A DNA stretch of 56,320 nucleotides, taken from assembly GCA_038060895.1 (NCBI GenBank), contig JBBTCT010000032.1, positions 1-56,320 on the forward strand, in the 5' to 3' direction. Positions 46,916-56,320 of the stretch are shown in pieces (positions within the stretch are counted from its first letter, which is position 1; every line of letters starts with the position of its first letter). A program made the position numbers and the translations under genes. The DNA is from Planctomycetota bacterium. Lineage in GTDB: Bacteria; Planctomycetota; MHYJ01; WSZJ01. The notes beneath the pieces were generated by a model. It saw nothing but the letters and a program-made list of their open reading frames with translations, had not been told where the DNA came from and did no database searches.

Positions 46916-47040
46916 GCTTCTCTCTGCTCCGCACCCCACCCCGCGAAGCCTACAAACCTCGTTCTCCCCCAGGGGGGAACACCAGTCACTGAAACTGACC
47001 CGTTTTCGAAGCTTCTCAAACTTGTGCGGAGCAGAAAGGC
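46916..47040 (+). ncRNA. Y-RNA-like structured RNA, unit 3
   Basis: TCTGCTCCGCAC (46923-34) and GTGCGGAGCAGA (47024-35) form a perfect 12-bp stem. Inner GAAGC/GCTTC, TACAAAC at 46951-57, 3' ACTTG. Confidence 0.72.
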
Positions 47041-47041
47041 G

Positions 47042-48796
<1,755 letters not shown>

Positions 48797-48802
48797 GTCG
48801 GA

Positions 48803-49627
48803 ATGAAACACCGCGACCTCATCCAGAGGCTGGCTTCCTCCGACCGGGCTTCCCTCGCACGTGAATTTCTGTCCCCGGTCTTCGCCTCGGGACGCGTGAG
48901 GCTGCGTCTCTCCGGCGTCGTCGTCGAGATGCAAATCACGCGCCGTCCAGCCGGCTTCTCCTCGGGCTGGGCCATTCTCCGCCCGACCTCCCCGCGAACA
49001 GCCGAAGTTCTCCGCCCGGCGCCCCTCGCCGAGGTGAAGCGATTCCTCGATCTATTTCCGCGCGCCCGCCTGGTTGCCGCCGCGCTTCACGGCTCCACCT
49101 GGCTCGCGCTTCCGACCGCCGCACCCCAGAAGGGCGTGCGCGTGAAGGGCCTCGCGCCGGTCGCCCTCGCGCCGCGACTCGCGCTGTTCGACACCGCCGT
49201 CACTCGATTCGACGGCTCGCTCTTCCTGTTCGAGTCCGCCGAGCGCGCTTCAACGGCAGGCTGGCTGCGCGCCCAGCTGGAGGCGGGAACGGCGCCGGAC
49301 GGCCTGCGGCGCGCCGGCCTGGTGCCGGCGGAGCGGGAGGCCTATGCGATGCAGTGGAAGCTGCGGGAGGAATTGCGCAAGCCGCCGGACCAGCGTCGGC
49401 TGGAAGAGGCGCTCGGGGCGGCGGACGCGGCGCTGGTGAAGTACTCCGCCCGGTCGGACCAGTTGACGGTGACGTACATCGTGGACGGCCGGGAATTCAC
49501 TTCGATCGTCGAACGCGGCGATCTCACCGTGGTGAGCGCGGGAATCTGCCTTGACGGGACCGACCGCACATTCGACCTGACCTCGCTCGTGTCCGTCATG
49601 CGGGAGGCGCGGCGCCGTGATGAATGA
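48803..49627 (+). CDS. Hypothetical protein with a candidate E2/UBC-like C-terminal domain
   Basis: Co-operonic. Its only Cys lies in SAGICLDG..FDLTSLVSVM, recalling the UBC G-x-ICLD active-site segment. The E2 call is an inference. Confidence 0.55.
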   Translation: MKHRDLIQRLASSDRASLAREFLSPVFASGRVRLRLSGVVVEMQITRRPAGFSSGWAILRPTSPRTAEVLRPAPLAEVKRFLDLFPRARLVAAALHGSTWLALPTAAPQKGVRVKGLAPVALAPRLALFDTAVTRFDGSLFLFESAERASTAGWLRAQLEAGTAPDGLRRAGLVPAEREAYAMQWKLREELRKPPDQRRLEEALGAADAALVKYSARSDQLTVTYIVDGREFTSIVERGDLTVVSAGICLDGTDRTFDLTSLVSVMREARRRDE

Positions 49628-49961
49628 ACGAAGCGCGGTGGTGCTCGCGAGCGGCCGGCTTGTGCAATGGCGCGAAGGAGGACCGGCTCACGTTGAATTC
49701 GACGCGCGCCGGGTCCTGCGCAGGGAGGAATCGAAGGGCGACATCGCCGGGTTTTTCCACACGCATCCGCCCGGCGTCCCCGGGATGAGCGCACGCGACG
49801 GCCGCACGATGCAGGCCTGGGCGCAGTGCTTCGGCCGCCCGCTTCTCTGCGCGATCCGCTGCGGCCGCCGGACCCGCGCGTGGCTGTGCGGCAAGGATGG
49901 CAGCGCGCGGGAGGTCGCCTCCGTTATCCTCAAGGGCGCTTCCATTCAATGGACTCCCTGA
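49620..49961 (+). CDS. JAB/MPN+ (JAMM) metalloprotease
   Basis: N-terminal Glu (NER) and H-T-H-x7-S-x2-D (HTHPPGVPGMSARD). Overlaps both neighbours. Confidence 0.85.
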   Translation: MNERSAVVLASGRLVQWREGGPAHVEFDARRVLRREESKGDIAGFFHTHPPGVPGMSARDGRTMQAWAQCFGRPLLCAIRCGRRTRAWLCGKDGSAREVASVILKGASIQWTP

Positions 49962-50587
49962 ACCACGAGAAAGCCTTCCGCGGTCAGCCGGCGCTCGACC
50001 GGCTGGCGTCCGCGTCGATCGTGGTCTGCGGCGCGGGCGCGGTCGGCTCGAACCTGGTGGACACGCTCGCGCGGCAGGGGGCGAAAAAGCTGCGTGTCAT
50101 CGACCGGGACCGCGTCGAACCGCACAACGTCGCGACGCAGGTCTATCTCGCCGAGCAGGCAGGGCAATGGAAAGTGGAAGCGCTTCGCGACCTGGTCTTC
50201 CGCGCCACGGGCATCGAGATTGACGCGATGCGTCAAGAACTCACGCCGAAGAACGTCGCGAAGCTCCTCGCCAGCGCCGACCTCGTCGTGGACGGCTTCG
50301 ACAATTCCGCTTCACGCCGCGCCGTCACCGAGGCCTGCGCCGCCACCGGCCTTCCCTGCCTGCACGTGGGCCTGAACGCCGGTTACGCCGAGATCCGCTG
50401 GAATGAGCGCTACCGGGTTCCTTCAGACGCGGAGGGCGACGTGTGCGACTACCCGCTCGCCCGCAACCTGGTGCTGATCGTCGCTGGCGCCGCCGCCGAG
50501 ACAGCGCTGAAGTGGCTCTGCGAGAAGCGCAAGGAGGACCGGTCCGTAACGCTGCTGGACCTGCGCATCAATGAAGAAAACGAGTAA
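49949..50587 (+). CDS. ThiF/MoeB/E1-family adenylyltransferase
   Basis: GAGAVG, IDRDRVEPHN..TQ, K, DLVVDGFDN..SR, and a candidate catalytic Cys in DVCDYP. Start ATG 49949. Confidence 0.92.
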   Translation: MDSLNHEKAFRGQPALDRLASASIVVCGAGAVGSNLVDTLARQGAKKLRVIDRDRVEPHNVATQVYLAEQAGQWKVEALRDLVFRATGIEIDAMRQELTPKNVAKLLASADLVVDGFDNSASRRAVTEACAATGLPCLHVGLNAGYAEIRWNERYRVPSDAEGDVCDYPLARNLVLIVAGAAAETALKWLCEKRKEDRSVTLLDLRINEENE

Positions 50588-50646
50588 CCCGGCGAGTTAA
50601 CTCTGCCCGGCCTGCTCCCTACTCCTGACTCAATACTCCCGACTCC

Positions 50647-51108
50647 CTACTTCCCTCCGCCGTCCTTCGGCCGATCCACATCCCCGCTCTTGTTCTGCTC
50701 CTTGTTCCCTTCCTTGCGCCGCTTCGCAGCATCCGTCTCCGATCCCATCATGCTCGGGTCCTTCCAGGGATCGTACTCCTCTTTCTTGGGCGCCTCGACC
50801 TTCGGCGCCGCCTTGGGTTCCTCTTTCTTCTTCGGCTTGTCGCCGCCGCCCATCATCGCGAAACCGACGCCGACCAGGAGAAGCAGGCCGCCTGCAACGC
50901 CGCCCACGATCATCGGCGTGTTGTCCTTCTTGGCCGGAGGTCCGCCGCGACCCTGGGGCTGCGGAGCGGGCGCGCCGCGCTGAAGCGACCGGCTGCTGGC
51001 GGCCTGCGGCGGCGCGGCCATGCGGCGGGAGGAAGCAGGGGCGGCGGGGGCGCCGAGGCGGCGCGTCGAAGGAGAGCCCTGGGGAGTGCGGCGGGAGGCG
51101 GGCTGCAT
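50647..51108 (-). CDS. Single-TM hypothetical protein
   Basis: Pro/Arg-rich N-terminus, TM IVGGVAGGLLLLVGVGFAMM, Lys/Glu-rich tail. Confidence 0.7.
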   Translation of the reverse strand: MQPASRRTPQGSPSTRRLGAPAAPASSRRMAAPPQAASSRSLQRGAPAPQPQGRGGPPAKKDNTPMIVGGVAGGLLLLVGVGFAMMGGGDKPKKKEEPKAAPKVEAPKKEEYDPWKDPSMMGSETDAAKRRKEGNKEQNKSGDVDRPKDGGGK

Positions 51109-51183
51109 GGTGTGGCCTCGATCTGGAGTTGGAGGATTATGGCCCGCGCGAGGCGTTCAATCAAGCCGGAGTGATACGGCGCC

Positions 51184-52551
51184 TCAAATTCTCTCGACTC
51201 TCCTCTCCGTGTCGGCGGGCGCTTCGCGCTCAATCTCCTTCGCGAGCGACTCGTAACCGGTGCGCCCCATGAGCGCAAACGTCGCATGCTTCGCCGCTTC
51301 GACTCCCGGCTGGTCGAATGCGTTCACGTTCAGGATGCGGCCGGCGTACGCGGTCATCAGCTCGAAAAAGTGAAGCATCCCGCCGGCTGTTTCCGGGGTG
51401 ACGCCTTCGATGCGGAACGTGATGTTGGGACGCTTGTTCGCCGTCAGCGCGCGCTCCGTGCCTTTCTTTTCGGCGTGAAGGAGCTCGCCGAGGTCCTTCC
51501 CTCCGAGGAACTTGCAAGTGTCGTCTTCGAACACCGCAGGAATCGGGCACGGGCGGCGGAAGCGCGACACTTCGAGGAACGCGATCAGCTTGTCGTTCGG
51601 CCCCTCGTTGTACAGCTGCGCCTGCGAGTGCTGGTCCGTGGCGCCCAGCGCCTTCACCGGCGTCTGCCCCTCGTAGACGTCCTTCCCATCCAGCGATTTC
51701 CGTTTTCCAAGCGACTCCGCCCAGAGCTGCCGGAACCAGTCGGCGACGTCGCGAAGCGCGCGCGAGTACGGCATCATGACGGCGATCTTCTTCCCCTTGC
51801 GATACAACGCCGTATAGAGCACCGCCGCCTTGAACGCCGCATCACGCCCCCTCTCCTCGACCGTCGCGGCCCCGGCGAGCAGTCGCTGGGGCTCGACGCC
51901 GCAGACGGCGAGAGGAAGAAGAGACACCGCCGTGAGCGCAGAAAACCGCCCGCCGACGTCCGGGGGCACCGGGAGGCTGGGCAGCTTTTCGCGAAGAGCG
52001 AGATGGTGCAGGAACCCTTTCTCCGGATCCGTCGTGACGATCACGTGCTCGCGCCAGCGGTCGCCAAGGCGCCGCTTCAGCGCATTCACGAAAATCAGCA
52101 ACTGCGCGGCGGTTTCGGCGGTCTCGCCGGACTTCGAGATCACGTTGTAGACCGTACGTTCCGGCAGCGCGATCTCGAGGAAGCCGGCGATTTCCTCGGG
52201 GTCCACGTTGTCGAGCACGAAAAGGCGCGGGGCACGGCGCGCTTCCGGCGCCGCGAAATTCCACCACGGGTGAAGGAGGGCGGAAGCGAGGGCGGTCGTG
52301 CCGAGGGCGGAGCCGCCGATTCCGAGCACGGCGAGGTTTTCGAACCCCGCGGCGGACTTTGCAACGCGCGCAATCCCGGTCGAGTCCTGTTTCGGGAGCT
52401 TCCGGAAACCGGTCTTCCCGGCGGCGGCGTCTTTTTCAACCGCGTCGAACGCCGGCCGCCCGGCAGCCAGCGCGGCCGCCCACTCGGCGTCCGTCAGGCC
52501 GTGCTCGCCGACGCGCGAGGCCATGGCATTCGTGTAGTCGAATTCGAACAT
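51184..52551 (-). CDS. pgi: Glucose-6-phosphate isomerase
   Basis: GIGGSALG, SKSGETAET, VGGRFS, QLWAESLGK, GATDQHS..Q, FDQPGVE..K. Start ATG 52551. Confidence 0.95.
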   Translation of the reverse strand: MFEFDYTNAMASRVGEHGLTDAEWAAALAAGRPAFDAVEKDAAAGKTGFRKLPKQDSTGIARVAKSAAGFENLAVLGIGGSALGTTALASALLHPWWNFAAPEARRAPRLFVLDNVDPEEIAGFLEIALPERTVYNVISKSGETAETAAQLLIFVNALKRRLGDRWREHVIVTTDPEKGFLHHLALREKLPSLPVPPDVGGRFSALTAVSLLPLAVCGVEPQRLLAGAATVEERGRDAAFKAAVLYTALYRKGKKIAVMMPYSRALRDVADWFRQLWAESLGKRKSLDGKDVYEGQTPVKALGATDQHSQAQLYNEGPNDKLIAFLEVSRFRRPCPIPAVFEDDTCKFLGGKDLGELLHAEKKGTERALTANKRPNITFRIEGVTPETAGGMLHFFELMTAYAGRILNVNAFDQPGVEAAKHATFALMGRTGYESLAKEIEREAPADTERRVERI

Positions 52552-52564
52552 GCGGGCGTCTACG

Positions 52565-54910
52565 TTACCGATTTCTCCGGAGCCATACCTCAATCATGAT
52601 CGAGGCCACCGCGCAAAGGATCGCCCAGCCGTACAGCTCCTCGCGCTCCATCCGCTTCACGGGCGCCCTCGCAGCCACGGCGGCCTCCGACCAGGGGGGA
52701 AACGGGAGAACCGCGGGCACGCGCGGCCGAAGCGCCTCGGGCCAGTTCCAGGCGACCGCCGAGGAGGAATGCCCGGACGCCGTTGCCGCGTCGATGCGGC
52801 GCACGTCGGGAAACGACCGCGGGTCCAGCGTCACCGCCCACGCGTTTGCGGCCAGCGGTTCCAGCGAAACGGGCTCCCCGTCGAGCGCGACCCGGGGCGC
52901 TTCCCCTGAAGTGCGGACGATGACGCGCCGGCGATCGCCGTCCGCCGACACTTCGATCGCTGGCCCGCCCGTTTCGCGGCGCATCAGCGTGCGCACGAGT
53001 TGGGCGACGCACTGGGGGAAACGTTCCCAGCCGGTCCACTTCGCGGCCTCAGGTCCGTCGAGCGGGGCGGCGAAGGCGGCGGTCCGGCCGAGCGAAGTCC
53101 GGCGCACCGCCAGGAGGGGCCGCGGGCCGGCCTTGAGGAGAAGCAGGGCCCCGGGGCGCGATTCGTCACCGGCAGCGCCGGCAATCGGGGGCCACTCGGT
53201 AAAATCCTCCGTCGCGGGATCCGCGTCGCCGGCGAGAACCGGCAGAAAATCGAGCGCCTTGGGCGGCTCGGGCGGTGGAATCGGCGACGGCTTTGCCCGC
53301 GGCGCCGGCGCGCCGGCCGCGATGCGCCGGGTTTCCAGCGTGAAGATGCGCGGGATTTCGTCGGAGCGCGCCGTGAAATAAAAACGCCCGCGCCCCCACT
53401 GAGCCATGTTGGCAAGCAGTCCGCTGTCCAGTTCATCCCCGATCCCGACCGTCGAGACCGTCACTCCATCCGCGGCCAGCCCTTCGACCAGTTTCCGGAA
53501 ATCTGCAGGCCGCGTCTGGCCGTCGGTCATCACGATGATGTGCCGGACCGGGAACTTCAGCGCGCGCGCGCGCTCCCCCGCCATTTCCAGCCCCGCGTAA
53601 ATGTGCGTCTCGCCGCCTGCCGCCAGCCGCGATATCGCATCCACCACGCTGCCGCGCGCCGTCGCGGCCGTCGGCTCCAGCACCCAGTGCGCTTCATTGT
53701 CAAATGCGACCACCCCGACCTTGTCGCCCTCCTGAAGCGTCTCGGCGCTCGCGATGGCCGCTTCCTTGGCGGCGGTCATTTTCGGCCCGGTCATCGAGCC
53801 CGAGCGGTCAATGACGAGGAGGAGCAGGATACGCGGTGTTTCATCGGACGGCGCGGGCGGCCCGGAGTCGTTGCCGGGATCGGGCGGCGGCGGCACGGCG
53901 TCGGGGGCCCGGAAAGTCAGGGGAAGCAGATCTCCAAGGCGGTGCGAGGTCCACGCCGCGGCTTCCAGGGGCGAGACGACGCTGAGCAGTCCGGTCCCGG
54001 AGGAGACGCACTCCGCAAGCGCTTCCGTCGCCGTAAGCCGCGCCGGATCGCAGCGCGCCAGCACGACCGTCGCGTAGTCACCCCAGGCGGGGGCCTCCCC
54101 GGCGCGCGCCCGGGTCACGGCGATGCCCTGCGCTTCCAGCCCGGCCGCGATCGCGGCGCCCGCCCCCGCCGAGCCTTCGAGGATCAGCACGCGCGGAGCC
54201 CCCCGCACTTCGACTCCCGCCAGGGCGAGGTTGTTGCGCGCGTCGCCATCGACGGCGGGGTTCAGTTGAAGAGCCAGGCGGTGGTATCCCGAGGAAAGCG
54301 TGACGACGAATTTCATCGTCGAGCGCGGCGATTCGTAAGGCGCGCGCCCGACGACCGCGTCGTCCGCGTAGAGCACGGCCTCTCCCCTGGCGCCGGGCAG
54401 GCCCTCGACGGCTGCGAGAATCTCGAACGGCTCGTTCTCTCGCGGCGTGGCGGGGGTCCAGAGCGAGGAAGCGGCCGCGTCCGGCGTCGCCGCGGGGGGC
54501 GACCATCGGAAGACCGGGACGCCTGCGCGTTCCGCTTCGAACGCTGCGGCCGCCGCCTGTTCTGCGCTCCAACGCGCCGGGGTCGCCAGCACGACCGCGC
54601 CGCCCGGACCCGCGAGCGCCGCGGCCCGAGCCACCCCGGCCGCCGGGTCGCCGAATTCGACGAACGTCGCCGCACCGGGCGCCCCGTTCAGCTCGCCGGA
54701 GCGGACCGCGAGGCCTGTGTCCACCGCCGACACCACCCCTCCGCGGGCTTCCGTTTCGCGCGTCCGCACCGGCCGGGCCGCCGCGGCAAGAAGCGCGGCC
54801 GCGATGGCGACACGCGCCAGGGCCCGTGCCACTCCCCTGGCCCGCCACGCGCACAGCGGCGCGATCGGGACCAGCGCGAGAAGGATCGCCGGGTGCTGAA
54901 AAGAAAACAT
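52565..54910 (-). CDS. Membrane vWA-domain protein (BatA-like N-terminus, Ig-like and GATase-like domains)
   Basis: MFSFQHP..L start, MIDAS VIDRSGSM, GETHI, IIVMTDG, STVGIG, GRGRFY and a C-terminal TM. Confidence 0.85.
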   Translation of the reverse strand: MFSFQHPAILLALVPIAPLCAWRARGVARALARVAIAAALLAAAARPVRTRETEARGGVVSAVDTGLAVRSGELNGAPGAATFVEFGDPAAGVARAAALAGPGGAVVLATPARWSAEQAAAAAFEAERAGVPVFRWSPPAATPDAAASSLWTPATPRENEPFEILAAVEGLPGARGEAVLYADDAVVGRAPYESPRSTMKFVVTLSSGYHRLALQLNPAVDGDARNNLALAGVEVRGAPRVLILEGSAGAGAAIAAGLEAQGIAVTRARAGEAPAWGDYATVVLARCDPARLTATEALAECVSSGTGLLSVVSPLEAAAWTSHRLGDLLPLTFRAPDAVPPPPDPGNDSGPPAPSDETPRILLLLVIDRSGSMTGPKMTAAKEAAIASAETLQEGDKVGVVAFDNEAHWVLEPTAATARGSVVDAISRLAAGGETHIYAGLEMAGERARALKFPVRHIIVMTDGQTRPADFRKLVEGLAADGVTVSTVGIGDELDSGLLANMAQWGRGRFYFTARSDEIPRIFTLETRRIAAGAPAPRAKPSPIPPPEPPKALDFLPVLAGDADPATEDFTEWPPIAGAAGDESRPGALLLLKAGPRPLLAVRRTSLGRTAAFAAPLDGPEAAKWTGWERFPQCVAQLVRTLMRRETGGPAIEVSADGDRRRVIVRTSGEAPRVALDGEPVSLEPLAANAWAVTLDPRSFPDVRRIDAATASGHSSSAVAWNWPEALRPRVPAVLPFPPWSEAAVAARAPVKRMEREELYGWAILCAVASIMIEVWLRRNR

Positions 54911-54923
54911 CGGTCCGGGCCCG

Positions 54924-56156
54924 TTACTTCACGACCCGGGCATCCCCCCACCCCGCGTACTCCAGCATGTCCAGCGGATCCTCCGTCTCCACGCACAGCA
55001 CCAGCGACTTCACGCCTCTCACATCCAGCGACACCGGCTGCGCAGCCGAATCGCACGTCAGAACCTCGCTCCGCCACAGTTCCTTGCCGTCAGCCTTCAC
55101 CACGAAGCGAAGCCTCGGGTCCACCAGGCTCGTGGCCTTGACCTCGTCCAGGACGCCGACGGTGGCGGTGAAGCGCGAATAGGCCCCGCCCAGGTCCACC
55201 GCCAGCTCCACGTGCTTCTTCGTCGCGATCCCCTTCCGGTAGGCCTTCCCGCGGATCGTGATCGGCGCGTTCTTCGTGACCATACGGTCGAGGAACATCC
55301 AGCCCTCCGCGGAAACCTTGCTGTCCACGTTCTCGATGTTCTCGCGCCAGGTCTCGAGCAGCTTCGGGTTCATGTCGGACAGATACGAAAGGTTGCCGTT
55401 CATGACCTGGATCGAGGCGACCTTCTCCGCCTGGACCGACAGTTCCCAGGGCTTCCCCTTGATACGGTGCGTCGTCTCCACGCGACAGACCTTGGCGGTC
55501 ATCTCCAGCACCTTCCCCGTCACCCGCAGGCCGCGCCTCGTCGTAACCACCACGAGCACGCCCTCGGGGACGACCGCCTTGTTCAGCGGCGCCAGATGCA
55601 CCCCTTCCACATCCTGCAGCTTGTACGTCCGGATGCTCTTGAACAATTCCGAGTCCAGTTCCAGCGTGTCCTTCCCGAGACGCTTCAGCATCCCCTTGTC
55701 CCGGTCCTGCTTGTTGTCGCGCGACCATGCCACGGTGTCCACGGGAGGGGCAACTTCGGGAACCGCCAGTTGAGAAGCGCATTTACGAAGCGCGAACGCG
55801 AAATCGATCGGGAACTCGATGTCGCCAGCGTCGGTCTGGACCACGCGGATTTTCGAATCGTCGGTTGGGTCTTCGATGGTCCCGGGAAGGATGTCCCGGC
55901 ACCGCGGGTTCGAAGTTGCCAGGTGGACTTCCCACGTGCATCCACCCCCGATTGGCCGCGCTTCGTAGACGATCTCCGAGATCTCGTCGAGCTTCGCCGT
56001 GAACGGATCTCCGTCCGTAAGGATGGTGATTTCGCCGGAAGCGCTGATAAGGACATCGCGTCCCTTGCGGATTTTCCCGTCGTTATCGATCAGGGAGACT
56101 TGGGCGAGTGCGGGAAGGGCGAGGGCGGTGAAAATCAGGACGAAGAGGGAACGCAT
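54924..56156 (-). CDS. Exported NPCBM/NEW2-domain protein
   Basis: Signal peptide, YLSDM...YRKGI...FTATVG...F.V.ADGK...LDVRGVK.L.L...WGDAR. Start ATG 56156. Confidence 0.85.
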   Translation of the reverse strand: MRSLFVLIFTALALPALAQVSLIDNDGKIRKGRDVLISASGEITILTDGDPFTAKLDEISEIVYEARPIGGGCTWEVHLATSNPRCRDILPGTIEDPTDDSKIRVVQTDAGDIEFPIDFAFALRKCASQLAVPEVAPPVDTVAWSRDNKQDRDKGMLKRLGKDTLELDSELFKSIRTYKLQDVEGVHLAPLNKAVVPEGVLVVVTTRRGLRVTGKVLEMTAKVCRVETTHRIKGKPWELSVQAEKVASIQVMNGNLSYLSDMNPKLLETWRENIENVDSKVSAEGWMFLDRMVTKNAPITIRGKAYRKGIATKKHVELAVDLGGAYSRFTATVGVLDEVKATSLVDPRLRFVVKADGKELWRSEVLTCDSAAQPVSLDVRGVKSLVLCVETEDPLDMLEYAGWGDARVVK

Positions 56157-56320
56157 GGTGGGCCTCGATTGAGGGGGGGAAGGCGCAGTCAATATACGGA
56201 CGTCGCGCGGCGGGCGAAAGTTCAGAGTGGGAAGGGAATTCGCGGGGCTCGAGCTGCGGCGGCCCGGCGAGCGAGGTTTGAGCGGTTTTCCTTGAGGGGC
56301 CGCCTTCGCCCGAGCCCCGC

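Noticed and set aside
49949-50587. Thiamine or molybdopterin biosynthesis (thiF/moeB)
   Set aside because: No thiG/thiS-GG/moaE neighbours, Zn motifs absent, and the context is vWA/JAB. A sulfur-carrier role is not fully excluded.

Overview
High-GC bacterial DNA. The gene families (prenyltransferase/squalene-cyclase-repeat proteins, DUF1570-type peptidase, NPCBM, vWA, many TPR/HEAT proteins) suggest Planctomycetota, which is an inference. Housekeeping genes (tRNA-Leu, Rrf2 regulator, tilS, nifS/iscS, acpS, FAH-family, pgi) frame three accessory blocks. (1) At 5.6-32 kb lies an ExbB + 4x ExbD operon with no recognisable TonB. It sits with five (alpha/alpha)-barrel paralogs (two with a TonB-like SxxxH membrane anchor), two giant TPR paralogs and a sigma-54 two-component system. 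(2) At 37.6-46.2 kb are tandem PDZ-protein and repeat-lipoprotein paralogs. (3) The best candidate for an undescribed system is at 46.27-50.59 kb. A 74-aa Gly-ending putative ubiquitin-like gene is followed by an 820-bp non-coding region holding four tandem structured RNA units. Each unit has a long closing stem, a C-rich internal loop and an invariant TACAAAC motif, but a different tRNA-like payload; one payload is a complete circularly permuted tRNA-Lys-like cloverleaf. Downstream come a Ro60/TROVE-like vWA protein, a candidate E2-like protein, a JAB/JAMM protease and a ThiF/E1 enzyme. The working model is a Ro/Y-RNA-like ribonucleoprotein coupled to a ubiquitin-like conjugation cascade. All calls come from reading the sequence; no searches or folding programs were run.
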